From the NCBI GenBank assembly GCA_019119205.1, contig DWXK01000028.1, positions 929 to 64,928 on the forward strand: DNA of 64,000 nucleotides, written 5' to 3'. Each line of letters starts with the position of its first letter. Position 1 is the first letter of the stretch. The notes under the pieces were generated by a model. It was not told the origin of the DNA, did no database searches, and worked only from the letters and a program-made list of their open reading frames with translations. The translations under genes and the position numbers were made by a program. The stretch comes from Candidatus Mediterraneibacter intestinavium (lineage in GTDB: Bacteria; Bacillota; Clostridia; Lachnospirales; Lachnospiraceae). Positions 1-9,587 of this stretch are shown here, piece after piece.

Positions 1-409
1 GGACACTGATCTCGTCAATATGATTCTGTGAAGCATAAATATACGCGTAACATTTTGCCTGGGCGATGTGGACCCCTGCAGGACTTTCTATATGGTGCAG
101 ATCACGGAAGACGCCTTTGATCTCATCTACTGTGACCTCTGTCTTCTCCTCAGTCTCGTGGATGATGATGCCGTCCGCCCTGCCCTCCAGACGGATAGTG
201 AACTCCTCACATGGGATCACCATCTTCAGAGACACCTCGGCATGGTATTCCGGCCCCATCCTCCGCTGGATCTTCCGGTGGATCCTGCCGCCCAGGAGCA
301 TCGCCTCCCGGTCCCCGCCGCCGGAGACACGGTTGTCGATATCCCCTTCTCTCAGGATAAACTCTACCAGATCCCGGACTGAGATCCTGACACTCTTTTC
401 TTCACTCAC
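1..409 (-). CDS. 5' part of a DinG/Rad3-family ATP-dependent DNA helicase with an N-terminal PD-(D/E)XK nuclease domain (runs off the window)
   Basis: Manual translation from GTG at 409: MSEEKSVRISVRDLVEFILREGDID...GRIHRKIQ...LEGRADGII...VDEIKG...HIAQAKCYAYIY. This carries RecB-like nuclease motifs typical of the N-terminus of this Firmicute helicase family. Not in the ORF track because it is truncated. Confidence 0.7.
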   Translation of the reverse strand, partial: MSEEKSVRISVRDLVEFILREGDIDNRVSGGGDREAMLLGGRIHRKIQRRMGPEYHAEVSLKMVIPCEEFTIRLEGRADGIIIHETEEKTEVTVDEIKGVFRDLHHIESPAGVHIAQAKCYAYIYASQNHIDEISV

Positions 410-414
410 TCCGC

Positions 415-1362
415 TCACTCTGCCTTATCCGCGCGTGCGACTTCAGCAATAGTCTTTGTCAGCCCTGCGATACCCTGCAGTTCTGAAGGAATGATGATCT
501 TTGTCGCCTTTCCATCCGCCGCTTTGGCGAAAGCTTCCAGGCTCTTGAGCGTGAGTACCGCATCATCTGCGCCGGCATTTTTAATAAACTCGATACCGTC
601 TGCTGTCGCCTTCTGCACCGTCCGGATTGCTTCCGCCTGACCTTCCGCTTCCTTGATCCTCTTCTGTTTCTCCGCCTCTGCGTTGAGGATCGCCGCCTGC
701 TTGGACGCTTCCGCTTCGAGGATCACGGACTCTTTCTCGCCTTCCGCCACAAGGATGGTGGACTTCTTCTCGCCTTCGGCACGGAGGATCGCTTCTCTTC
801 GCTCACGCTCTGCTTTCATCTGTTTCTCCATAGCGTCCTGGATTGCCTTGGGCGGCATGATATTTTTCAGTTCAACACGGTTGACCTTGATACCCCACTC
901 ATCTGTTGCGATATCCAGGATCGTCCGCATCTTGGAATTGATCGTCTCGCGGGAGGTAAGTGTCTCATCCAGTTCCAGGTCTCCGATAATGTTACGGAGC
1001 GTCGTCGCCGTCAGATTCTCGATCGCCGTGATCGGACTCTCAACGCCATACGCATACTTTTTCGGATCCGTGATCTGGAAGAAAATGACCGTATCGATCT
1101 GCATTGTCACGTTATCTTTTGTGATCACAGCCTGAGGATCGAAATCCACCACCTGCTCTTTCAGTGAAACCTTCTTCGCGACCCGGTCAAGGATCGGTAC
1201 CTTAAAGTGAAGCCCGACACTCCATGTCTCTTTGTACCCGCCGAGACGCTCCAGAACGTACGCATGTGCCTGCGGAACGATCCTGATATTGGTCACCAGA
1301 AGCAGCAGCACGATGATCAGAACAATAATACCAACAACAGCCAAACCTATTACACCATTCAT
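415..1362 (-). CDS. SPFH/Band 7 (stomatin-like, QmcA-type) membrane protein
   Basis: N-terminal TM helix, VITKDNV and LRNIIGDLELDETL motifs, C-terminal coiled coil; paired with NfeD. Confidence 0.93.
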   Translation of the reverse strand: MNGVIGLAVVGIIVLIIVLLLLVTNIRIVPQAHAYVLERLGGYKETWSVGLHFKVPILDRVAKKVSLKEQVVDFDPQAVITKDNVTMQIDTVIFFQITDPKKYAYGVESPITAIENLTATTLRNIIGDLELDETLTSRETINSKMRTILDIATDEWGIKVNRVELKNIMPPKAIQDAMEKQMKAERERREAILRAEGEKKSTILVAEGEKESVILEAEASKQAAILNAEAEKQKRIKEAEGQAEAIRTVQKATADGIEFIKNAGADDAVLTLKSLEAFAKAADGKATKIIIPSELQGIAGLTKTIAEVARADKAE

Positions 1363-1808
1363 TTTTCTACCTCCTCATAACGTTTCAGGATCAGCTTGAC
1401 CCCGGATACAGACACTACCTGAGCCAGAGTTCCCGCCGGCAGCTTCTCCGCATTATCTGTTGAGCGCGCCGTCCATTCCAGCCCTCTTGCGAACGCGGTT
1501 CCCGTCTGTTCCAGATTGTCTACTGTCTCTGTTACTTTCACCACTTCTCCGATCAGTTCTTCATAATTTGTCTTCTCGTGATGCGAGTTTATGTATTTCT
1601 TCGCAAATGGTCTGGTAAAGACAAGCAGGAGGAAAGAGACTATGATAAAGGCTAATATCTGCCACTCGATCTCCGGTCCCGCCACAGATACGATCAGAGC
1701 CGCGAGAGCTCCGCCCGCAAGCCATATCGCTGTCAGCCCCACTGTTGCGATCTCCATAACAATAAACAATATCATCAGTCCGAGCCATACTAACATTTCT
1801 TTCTCCAT
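1359..1808 (-). CDS. NfeD family protein (short form)
   Basis: Hydrophobic N-terminus, C-terminal OB-like G-x-EWTARS region, ATGA overlap with the SPFH gene. Confidence 0.9.
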   Translation of the reverse strand: MEKEMLVWLGLMILFIVMEIATVGLTAIWLAGGALAALIVSVAGPEIEWQILAFIIVSFLLLVFTRPFAKKYINSHHEKTNYEELIGEVVKVTETVDNLEQTGTAFARGLEWTARSTDNAEKLPAGTLAQVVSVSGVKLILKRYEEVEK

Positions 1809-1864
1809 AAGCCACCTTTCTCCTCTGTAACATCTTATTCTTTCGGGTTAATGATGATGTCTTT

Positions 1865-1893
1865 ATCATAATCTGATTTCCTGTTTAATACAA
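1865..1893 (-). promoter_or_regulatory. Putative sigma-A promoter for nfeD-SPFH-helicase
   Basis: TTGTAT-17 nt-TATGAT on the minus strand. Confidence 0.45.
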
Positions 1894-2679
1894 CTGTTTT
1901 TCAGAAAATTCCGTCATTTCCCTCCGATAGCGTTTCGGGAGACGGTTCTGCTGGAGTTTCGGGTTTTCCCTTTCTTTTATGGAGATCGCACCAAAAAATC
2001 CTTTCCAAAGTTCTTCATATCTTTTCTCTTTCTCCGAGATCCTGGAAACTGCTTCCTTATTCAGTGTCTCCCCGCAGACCAGACGGCACCTTTCCTTCTT
2101 CCGGTGGATGAGAAACGTCTCGTGTGTCTTATCATAGATCATCCAGTTTTCCAGAGGAAAACGGTCCTCAAAATGCTCTGCGATACATGTCAGTACCTGG
2201 TTTTTCGGAGAGATCTCCGAAAAGAGTACTCCGTTCTCCAATTCGCGGAAACGGATAAATTCTTTATAAATATGTGCTTCATTGGATACTCTCCGGCTCA
2301 GTTCAAACACCTTCGCCACATCCGGGCTTCCCAGATGGTCCATGATCTTTGTGCTGTCCCTGACTGTCCTCGCCTCCTGCATCATGCGGAACACCGCTTC
2401 CCCTTTTCCGTCGTCATCGGAAAGCACCGCGCGATAGACATCCCAGTACGTATTCCACCCCATGTTTCTTTTTATCATCTGCTGCAGGACCTGCGCCTTA
2501 TGTTCTGTCTCTGTGACCACCTTATATTCGCAGAACAGCCTCTGCTGGATCCTGCCCTTCAGCTCGATCCCCGCCTCCTTGTCCCTGGCTTCCTTCCAGG
2601 CGTCATAGAGTGCGGAGAAAATACCTGTCACCGTATCATGGCATATATATACCTGTTTCATCCTAATCCCTGCTTTCAT
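1885..2679 (-). CDS. TIGR03915/DUF4130 putative DNA repair protein
   Basis: EAHxYKEFIRF, HFEDRFPLENWMIYD and LWKGFF..I.IKERENP motifs; directly follows the TIGR03916 radical SAM gene. Confidence 0.88.
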   Translation of the reverse strand: MKAGIRMKQVYICHDTVTGIFSALYDAWKEARDKEAGIELKGRIQQRLFCEYKVVTETEHKAQVLQQMIKRNMGWNTYWDVYRAVLSDDDGKGEAVFRMMQEARTVRDSTKIMDHLGSPDVAKVFELSRRVSNEAHIYKEFIRFRELENGVLFSEISPKNQVLTCIAEHFEDRFPLENWMIYDKTHETFLIHRKKERCRLVCGETLNKEAVSRISEKEKRYEELWKGFFGAISIKERENPKLQQNRLPKRYRREMTEFSEKQLY

Positions 2680-4034
2680 AAGATCACTTCAGAAGATCGG
2701 TTCAGAACCTCAATTCCGGCAGACTTCACTGCCTCCAAGTTCATATCATCAAAAAGGGTAAGCTGCCTGTATGTCATCCCGTCTGCCCCCTCCGGAATGC
2801 GTTCCCGCGTATTCAGCAGGTTCCTCGTGATATAGTCCTCCTCGACCCTGACCGGGTACATCATCTTCCCGTTACAGGTCAGGAAGTATACCGCCCGTTT
2901 CAGGACAACGCCCATTTTCTTGAGGTCTTCAAACCTGAGACTCCCCATTCGTCTCGCTTTCACGATCCGTGATGCGGATCTGTATCCGATCCCAGGGACA
3001 CGGAGCAGCATCCGGTAATCCGCCCGGTTTACTTCTACCGGAAAACACTCCAGGTGTTTCAAAGCCCAGCAGCACTTCGGATCGAGAAATACGTTAAAAT
3101 TCGGATTCGTCTCATCCAGAAGTTCTTCTGCCTCAAAATGATAGTACCTGAGCAGCCAGTCCGCCTGGTACAGCCGGTGTTCCCTCAGAAGAGGAGGTCC
3201 CTCCTCCCGCAGCGCCGGAAGCGCGCTGTCTCTGTTTACCGGCACAAAGGCGGAATAGAACACTCTCTTCAGATCAAATTTTTTATAAAGCGCTTCCGCC
3301 ACATTCAGGATCTGATAGTCAGTTTCAGGCGTGGCGCCTATGATCATCTGGGTGCTCTGTCCCGCCGGGACGAACCTGGGCGCGTTCTTATATACAGCAG
3401 CCTCCTGCCGGTTCTCCTTTGTCTTTTCCTGAACAAGGCGCATAGGCTTCAGGATGTTCTTTCTCGATTTATGTGGTGCAAGGAGTCTCAGCCCGTCCGC
3501 AGTCGGAAGTTCGATGTTGACGCTCATCCTGTCTGCCAGAAAACCGGTCAGACGGATCAGCCTCTCGTCCGCTCCCGGTATCGCCTTCACATGGATATAT
3601 CCCTGAAAATGATGGACATGACGCAGTCTGTATAACGCGGCATAGATCAGTTCCATCGTATGATCCGGGCTTTTCAATATGCCGGAGCTTAAAAACAGCC
3701 CCTCGATATAATTCCTCCGATAAAACTCCATAGTCAGTTCACAGATCTCATCCGGCGTAAAAGAAGCCCTGGGCACGTCATTGGAAGACCGGTTTATACA
3801 GTATTTGCAGTCATATATACATTCATTCGTAAAAAGGATCTTTAAGAGCGAGATACATCTTCCGTCAGCGGAAAAGCTGTGGCATATCCCATATTTACTG
3901 CAGTTCCCCATCCCGTTTCCGTCACCTTTCCGGTCAACTCCGCTTGAAGTGCATGCCACATCGTACTTAGCAGCATCTGTGAGGATCTGCAGTTTCTCAT
4001 ACAATGACATCCTTTTCGGTACTCTCTCAGACAT
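2676..4034 (-). CDS. Putative DNA modification/repair radical SAM protein (TIGR03916) with a helix-hairpin-helix region
   Basis: AAKYDVACTSSG, GICHSFSADGRC, CIYDCKYC radical SAM triad, REHRLYQADWLLRYY, HhH RVPGIG; start re-set to ATG 4034 after GGAGG. Confidence 0.92.
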   Translation of the reverse strand: MSERVPKRMSLYEKLQILTDAAKYDVACTSSGVDRKGDGNGMGNCSKYGICHSFSADGRCISLLKILFTNECIYDCKYCINRSSNDVPRASFTPDEICELTMEFYRRNYIEGLFLSSGILKSPDHTMELIYAALYRLRHVHHFQGYIHVKAIPGADERLIRLTGFLADRMSVNIELPTADGLRLLAPHKSRKNILKPMRLVQEKTKENRQEAAVYKNAPRFVPAGQSTQMIIGATPETDYQILNVAEALYKKFDLKRVFYSAFVPVNRDSALPALREEGPPLLREHRLYQADWLLRYYHFEAEELLDETNPNFNVFLDPKCCWALKHLECFPVEVNRADYRMLLRVPGIGYRSASRIVKARRMGSLRFEDLKKMGVVLKRAVYFLTCNGKMMYPVRVEEDYITRNLLNTRERIPEGADGMTYRQLTLFDDMNLEAVKSAGIEVLNRSSEVIL

Positions 4035-4050
4035 CTCGGCGCCTCCATTC

Positions 4051-4098
4051 CGAACATTTGTTCTTTTTAAGGATAGCACATATGTTCGATATTTTCAA
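4051..4098 (-). promoter_or_regulatory. Sigma-A promoter overlapped by two LexA/DinR (Cheo) boxes
   Basis: GAAC-ATTT-GTTC at 4052-4063 and GCAC-ATAT-GTTC at 4076-4087; the second lies inside TTGAAA-17 nt-TATCCT. Confidence 0.78.
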
Positions 4099-4157
4099 CA
4101 GTTTCAAATAATTCTGTAAAAAAGTATGGCGATGGGCGCATTTCACCGGCAAAAGAC

Positions 4158-4209
4158 AAAAAAGATGCAGCCCTGCCACCTTTCTGATAACAGAACTGCA
4201 TCCATTTTT
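4158..4209 (-). terminator. Intrinsic terminator after ptsI
   Basis: GATGCAG...CTGCATC stem followed by a T6 tract on the minus strand. Confidence 0.65.
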
Positions 4210-4243
4210 ATTCAGATATAATATGCCACATTATGTGATCCTG

Positions 4244-5866
4244 CTATTCGCACTCCCGGATCCGCTTTCTCAGCGGAAGCACCATGGACGGAGAGACAGA
4301 CAGTTCATCCAGCCCCATCTTCAGGAATTCTTCTGTGAGTTCAAGGTCAGCGCCAAGTTCTCCACAGATGCCGATCCAGGCACCTTCTGCGTGGGCATTG
4401 TCGGCTGCCATCTTGATCATGGCAAGGACCGCCGGATGGTGCGGATCATAGAACTCATCGAGCTTGGAATTCTGACGGTCGATCGCCAGCGTGTACTGGG
4501 TAAGATCGTTTGTCCCAACACTGAAGAAGTCCACTTCTTTTGCAAGTTCACGGCTGACCATGACAGCAGCCGGCGTCTCGATCATGATACCGAGTTCAAC
4601 GTCATCCTTAAACGGGATCCCCTCACTCGTCAGTTCCTCTTTCACCTCTGCGATGATCTCTTTGATCTTGAGGACCTCCTTCACAGAAATGATCATCGGG
4701 AACATAATGGAAAGGTTTCCGAACACTGCCGCACGATACAGAGCGCGCAGCTGTGTCTTGAAGATCTCCGGTCTGGTCAGGCAGATACGGATCGCTCTGT
4801 AACCGAGCGCCGGGTTTTCTTCTTTATCAAGCCCGAAATAGTCGACCTGTTTGTCAGCACCGATATCAAGGGTACGGATAATGACTTTCTTTCCTGCCAT
4901 GCTCTCCGCAACCTGCTTATAGACGGCAAACTGCTGCTCTTCTGTCGGGAAATCCGAGTTCTCCAGATAAAGGAACTCGCTTCGGAAAAGTCCGATCCCG
5001 CCTGCATCATTTTTCAGCACCGCTCCAAGGTCAGAAACATTACCGATGTTTGCATATACATTGATCTTCTGTCCGCTCTTGGTCACATTCTCTTTTCCCT
5101 TGAGGGTCTCAAGGAGAGCTTTCTGCTCCAGATCCCTGGCACGTTTTTCCTGCATCGCCTTCATCGTCTCTTCATCAGGATCGATATAGAGTGTCCCTGT
5201 AAAGCCGTCGATGATCGCGTCTTTTCCGTCGTATTCCTGGAGAAGCGCCTCGCCCATGCCGATCACAGCCGGAATGTTCATGGTGCGCGCCAGGATAGCA
5301 GTATGTGAATTGGAGGAACCGAACATGGTCGCAAATCCCAGCACCTTGCTCTTGTCAAGCTGCACCGTCTCACTCGGCGCCAGATCGTCTGCCGCGATGA
5401 TACACGGCTCGTCCATCTCTTTCATTCCTTTGCTGACTCCGCAGAGGATATCGAGCACACGCTCTGATACATCCCTTACGTCCGCAGCTCTTCCCTGCAT
5501 ATATGCGTCATCCATCGCAGCAAACATCTTTGCAAAGTTATCAGCTGTCGCAGCGACCGCATACTCCGCGTTCACTTCCTGGGTACGGATGATATTCTCG
5601 ATCGACTCAAGATAGTCCAGGTCTTCCAGCATCATCTGATGGATCTCAAAGATCATGGCGTTTGCCTCGCCCACATCGTCGAGAGCCTTTTCATAAAGTT
5701 CTTTCAGCTGAGAGACCGCAGTATCCTTCGCCTTCTGGAAGCGTGCCCATTCATCGTCAACATTGTCGACGTGTGTCCTCTTGATCACCTTTTCACTTCT
5801 CTTATAGAATAAAAGCTTTCCGATGGAGACACCGCCGAATACACTTTTACCGCTTATCGTAACCAT
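4244..5866 (-). CDS. ptsI: PTS enzyme I (phosphoenolpyruvate-protein phosphotransferase)
   Basis: SHTAILAR phospho-His motif, GIGLFRSEFLY, RTLDIGADK, SVGTNDLTQY. Confidence 0.97.
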   Translation of the reverse strand: MVTISGKSVFGGVSIGKLLFYKRSEKVIKRTHVDNVDDEWARFQKAKDTAVSQLKELYEKALDDVGEANAMIFEIHQMMLEDLDYLESIENIIRTQEVNAEYAVAATADNFAKMFAAMDDAYMQGRAADVRDVSERVLDILCGVSKGMKEMDEPCIIAADDLAPSETVQLDKSKVLGFATMFGSSNSHTAILARTMNIPAVIGMGEALLQEYDGKDAIIDGFTGTLYIDPDEETMKAMQEKRARDLEQKALLETLKGKENVTKSGQKINVYANIGNVSDLGAVLKNDAGGIGLFRSEFLYLENSDFPTEEQQFAVYKQVAESMAGKKVIIRTLDIGADKQVDYFGLDKEENPALGYRAIRICLTRPEIFKTQLRALYRAAVFGNLSIMFPMIISVKEVLKIKEIIAEVKEELTSEGIPFKDDVELGIMIETPAAVMVSRELAKEVDFFSVGTNDLTQYTLAIDRQNSKLDEFYDPHHPAVLAMIKMAADNAHAEGAWIGICGELGADLELTEEFLKMGLDELSVSPSMVLPLRKRIRECE

Positions 5867-5869
5867 AAC

Positions 5870-6127
5870 TTATAAATTCTCCTTGAAGAAAGCTTCTAAC
5901 TCCGTGATCGCTTTGTCTTCATCTGCTCCTTCTGCAGAAACTGTAACTTCCTCTCCTGTCTTCACTCCGAGCCCCATAACTCCAAAGATCCTTTTTGCAT
6001 CTGCACTCTTCTCGCCCTTTGCGATCTTGATAGCTGACTCATATCCTGCAGCCTGTTTTACCAGGATCCCGGCCGGTCTTGCGTGGATCCCTTCCGGATC
6101 AGTGATCACATATTTAAATTCTTTCAT
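5870..6127 (-). CDS. ptsH: HPr family phosphocarrier protein
   Basis: GIHARPA His15 motif, 85 aa, adjacent to ptsI. Confidence 0.93.
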   Translation of the reverse strand: MKEFKYVITDPEGIHARPAGILVKQAAGYESAIKIAKGEKSADAKRIFGVMGLGVKTGEEVTVSAEGADEDKAITELEAFFKENL

Positions 6128-6162
6128 GGTTATATATCCTCCTTTTTAGTGATTCTTTTTTA

Positions 6163-6191
6163 AGTATATAACACATTTTACTGATTTTCAA
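6163..6191 (-). promoter_or_regulatory. Sigma-A promoter of ptsHI
   Basis: TTGAAA-17 nt-TATACT. Confidence 0.6.
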
Positions 6192-6245
6192 TCAACTTTG
6201 GGCGAGTTTTATGCATTTTGAGGTAATGAACAGGCTCTTTGCTGT

Positions 6246-7175
6246 TTACTCAAAAAGGGGCGTGGAGAGGTATCTCTCCCCCGTATCCGGAAGAAGTGTC
6301 ACGATCATCTTTCCTGCATTTTCTTCTTTTTCCGCCTCAAGAAGCGCCGCATGGAGGGCAGCTCCGGATGAGATGCCGACCAGGATGCCTTCCCGGTGCG
6401 CGAGCAGTCTTGCCGCTGCATACGCGTCTTCTTCTCTGACCTGTGAAACAGCGTCATAGATCTCTGTATCGAGGACTTCCGGGACAAATCCTGCTCCGAT
6501 CCCCTGGAGCCCGTGAGGTCCGGGCTTTCCTCCTGATAAGACAGGAGATTTAACAGGTTCTACCGCGATCACCTTTACATCCGGGTTCTTTTCTTTCAGA
6601 TAAGCCCCGGTCCCTGTCACTGTTCCTCCTGTTCCGACTCCGGCGATAAACATCCCCACCTGTCCGTCTGTATCTTCCCAGATCTCAGGACCTGTCGTAC
6701 TGTAGTGCGCCGCCGGGTTCGCGCTGTTCACGAACTGCCCCAGGATGACCGCGTTGTCCAGTTCTTTCTCCAGTTCTGACGCTCTCTCGATCGCTCCGGT
6801 CATTCCCTTCGCGCCCTCTGTGAGAACGATCTGTGCTCCGTATCCCTGGAGCAGTTTGCGCCGCTCTATGCTCATCGTCTCGGGCATGACAAAAACTGTC
6901 CTGTATCCCCTGGATGCTGCCACGGATGCAAGCCCGATCCCCGTATTTCCGCTGGTCGGCTCGATGATCGTCGCCCCTGGTTTGATCCTTCCCGCCTTTT
7001 CCGCCTCCTCGATCATATTGAGCGCTGCCCGGTCTTTCACACTTCCGGCCGGGTTAAAATACTCCAGCTTCACAAGTACCCTTGCTTTCAGGTCTCTCTC
7101 CTTCTCTATATTGACGACTTCCAGCAGAGGGGTCCGCCCGATCAATTCTGTCACACTTTTATATATTGCTGTCAT
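6246..7175 (-). CDS. cysK: Cysteine synthase A
   Basis: [12 protein letters not shown] lysine, [19 protein letters not shown]; start at ATG 7175 after AGGAGG. Confidence 0.96.
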   Translation of the reverse strand: MTAIYKSVTELIGRTPLLEVVNIEKERDLKARVLVKLEYFNPAGSVKDRAALNMIEEAEKAGRIKPGATIIEPTSGNTGIGLASVAASRGYRTVFVMPETMSIERRKLLQGYGAQIVLTEGAKGMTGAIERASELEKELDNAVILGQFVNSANPAAHYSTTGPEIWEDTDGQVGMFIAGVGTGGTVTGTGAYLKEKNPDVKVIAVEPVKSPVLSGGKPGPHGLQGIGAGFVPEVLDTEIYDAVSQVREEDAYAAARLLAHREGILVGISSGAALHAALLEAEKEENAGKMIVTLLPDTGERYLSTPLFE

Positions 7176-7229
7176 TGTTAATGTCCTCCTTTTAATTCCT
7201 AGTATTTTGATGTACTTTATATACATACT

Positions 7230-7258
7230 GTTATATCGCATATTTCTTTCCTTGTCAA
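7230..7258 (-). promoter_or_regulatory. Sigma-A promoter of cysK
   Basis: TTGACA-17 nt-TATAAC. Confidence 0.65.
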
Positions 7259-7322
7259 TCATCTTTTTCTTTCCAGACACTCCCTGATTTTGTATAATTT
7301 TACGAACCCGTCGATAAATACA

Positions 7323-7351
7323 TTGACTTTTATTGTTAAACATGCTACACT
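7323..7351 (+). promoter_or_regulatory. Sigma-A promoter of the cold-shock gene
   Basis: TTGACT-17 nt-TACACT with extended TG. Confidence 0.6.
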
Positions 7352-7415
7352 GTCACCGTGTTGGCAAAAGTTTATGCCGTCACAGCAACTTATCAATCTT
7401 ATGGAGGGTAACACA

Positions 7416-7613
7416 ATGACAGGTACAGTAAAATGGTTTAACAACCAGAAGGGGTACGGATTCATCTCTGACTCTGAGGGTAATGACATCTTTGTCCACT
7501 ACACAGGACTTGTGATGGATGGGTTCAAAACTCTGGAAGAAGGCCAGGCTGTCGAATTCGAAGTGACAGAAGGCGCCAAAGGACCACAGGCAACCAACGT
7601 AGTAAAACTTTAA
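7416..7613 (+). CDS. Cold-shock protein (CspA family)
   Basis: [30 protein letters not shown]; 65 aa; GGAGG upstream. Confidence 0.96.
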   Translation: MTGTVKWFNNQKGYGFISDSEGNDIFVHYTGLVMDGFKTLEEGQAVEFEVTEGAKGPQATNVVKL

Positions 7614-7692
7614 TCAGATTTTTTAATGTACCTTCTTAATATATAAATCAAACAGGCATTTAATATTAAAAAGCAATACAGAGAAAATGATT

Positions 7693-7739
7693 AAAAAAAT
7701 GCCGCCGGACAGTTTCAGATCTGTCCGGCGGTATTTTTT
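7693..7739. terminator. Bidirectional intrinsic terminator between csp and the ACT gene
   Basis: A-tract, ATGCCGCCGGACAG / CTGTCCGGCGGTAT stem, T-tract. Confidence 0.8.
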
Positions 7740-7746
7740 CATCTTT

Positions 7747-8196
7747 TTATATCCGACCTTTAATATTGGATACATATGCCTCGGAAGCCTCCCAGACATC
7801 AAATCCGCTTCCCCGGAGGATATCCACCACTCTTGCAGGATCGTCAGTCTTCAGCACTGCCGACGCATCGTCCCCGTTTGCAAACGCATACATATACTCG
7901 ATATTTACGTCTCCCTCAACGATCTGGTGCATCGCCCTGCTCAGAGAGCCGGTCTCGTGCGGAACACGCAGTGCCACAACATCTGTCAGCATGGAGGTGA
8001 TCCCGTTCTCCTTGAGGACCGCCTTTCCTCTGTTCGGATCTGAGACGATCATCCGGAGCATCCCGTACTCCGCCGTGTCCGCAAGGCTCAGCGCGACGAT
8101 ATTGATATCATTTCCCGCAAGGACAGACAGTACCTCGTCGAGACGTCCCTCACGGTTTTCCAGAAATACCGATAACTGTTGAATCGTGATTCCCAT
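7747..8196 (-). CDS. Stand-alone ACT domain protein (COG4747-like)
   Basis: QLSVFLENREGRL, INIVALSLADT..YG.LR, NIEYMYAF. Confidence 0.88.
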   Translation of the reverse strand: MGITIQQLSVFLENREGRLDEVLSVLAGNDINIVALSLADTAEYGMLRMIVSDPNRGKAVLKENGITSMLTDVVALRVPHETGSLSRAMHQIVEGDVNIEYMYAFANGDDASAVLKTDDPARVVDILRGSGFDVWEASEAYVSNIKGRI

Positions 8197-8214
8197 AATT
8201 CTAATCCTCCCTTT

Positions 8215-9546
8215 TTACAGTTTCCTGTTGTCGATCACGCGGATCGCCTTGCCTTCGCTTCTCTGGATCGACTTCGGCTCAACAAGTTTTACTCTCACAG
8301 ACACACCGAGCGCAGTCTTCAGTACAGCAGCGATCTTATTTCTCAGCGCATCCAGTTTTCTGATCTCGTCAGAGAACATCTTCTCATCCACTTCTACCAT
8401 GACGGTCAGGACATCCAGGTTATCCTCTCTGTCAACGATCATCATATAGTGCGGTGAGATCGCTCCGCCCATTGAGAGCAGCGCAGTTTCAACCTGAGTC
8501 GGGAATACGTTGACTCCGCGGATCACTTTCATGTCATCCGTTCTTCCTGTGAACTTGGAGATCCTAGGAAGTGTCCTTCCGCACTTACATGTACTGTGGT
8601 TGATGCTGGTCAGGTCCTTTGTGCGGTAACGGATCAGCGGCATTGCCTCCTTCGCCAGCGTTGTAAATACCAGTTCTCCTGTCTCTCCGTCCGCGCAGGC
8701 TTCGTATGTCGTCGGGTTGATGACCTCTGGATAGAAGTAGTCAGCATGGACATGGAGTCCTTCTTTGTGGATACAGTCCTGAGCAACTCCGGGACCGGTG
8801 ATCTCACACAGACCATAAATATCGAAGCAGTTAATGTGAAGGATGCTTTCAATCTTCTGGCGCATCTCTTCCGTCCAGGGCTCTGCTCCATGGATCCCTG
8901 CCTTTAATTTCAGGCGGTCCACCACGCCTGCCTCGGCAAGTGATTCCGCAAGATAGACAGCATAGGAAGGCGTACATGCGAACGCAGTCGCTCCCAAATC
9001 CTCCATACACATCATCTGTCTCTTTGTGTTTCCGGCAGACATGGGGATCGCAGTGGCTCCGAGCGCTCTGGCTCCGTAATCCAGTCCCATTCCTCCGGTA
9101 AAAAGTCCGTATCCGTAACATACATGGATGATGTCTTCCTGTGTGAGCCCCGCCATCACAAGTCCCCTTGCAACGCACTCTCCCCAGACCTCTACGTCTT
9201 TCTGTGAGTAAGGAGCGATCGTCAGTTTTCCCGTAGTCCCTGATGTCCCCTGTACGCGGGCCACATCCTTCATGGGAATGGCAAGGAGCCCGAACGGATA
9301 ATTATCTCTCAGGTCTTCTTTTGTCGTAAAGGGAAGTTTTCCGATATCTTCAATAGACCTGATATCTCCCGGTTCCACGCCTGCATCCTGCATCTTTTTA
9401 CGATAGAACTCCACATTGTTGTACACCCTGTTGACCACATCCACAAGGCGTCTGCTCTGCAGGTCCGCCATCTCGTCCCTGCTCATACATTCAATCTTCG
9501 GGTCTCTGATCCTCTCGACCCAGTTTTCCAACGATACTGCCGCCAT
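8215..9546 (-). CDS. paaK: Phenylacetate-CoA ligase family protein (paralog 2)
   Basis: LPFTTKEDLRDNYPFG, GTSGTTGK, YGLCEITGPGV, GRTDDM..IRGVNVFP. Confidence 0.9.
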   Translation of the reverse strand: MAAVSLENWVERIRDPKIECMSRDEMADLQSRRLVDVVNRVYNNVEFYRKKMQDAGVEPGDIRSIEDIGKLPFTTKEDLRDNYPFGLLAIPMKDVARVQGTSGTTGKLTIAPYSQKDVEVWGECVARGLVMAGLTQEDIIHVCYGYGLFTGGMGLDYGARALGATAIPMSAGNTKRQMMCMEDLGATAFACTPSYAVYLAESLAEAGVVDRLKLKAGIHGAEPWTEEMRQKIESILHINCFDIYGLCEITGPGVAQDCIHKEGLHVHADYFYPEVINPTTYEACADGETGELVFTTLAKEAMPLIRYRTKDLTSINHSTCKCGRTLPRISKFTGRTDDMKVIRGVNVFPTQVETALLSMGGAISPHYMMIVDREDNLDVLTVMVEVDEKMFSDEIRKLDALRNKIAAVLKTALGVSVRVKLVEPKSIQRSEGKAIRVIDNRKL

Positions 9547-9587
9547 CTCTTTTCTTCTCCTTTTGAGTGTTTTTTGATCTCTAAATA

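Noticed and set aside
7194-7218. CymR/Rrf2-like operator upstream of cysK (AATTCCTAG...)
   Set aside because: Only one half-site is convincing, which is too weak to call
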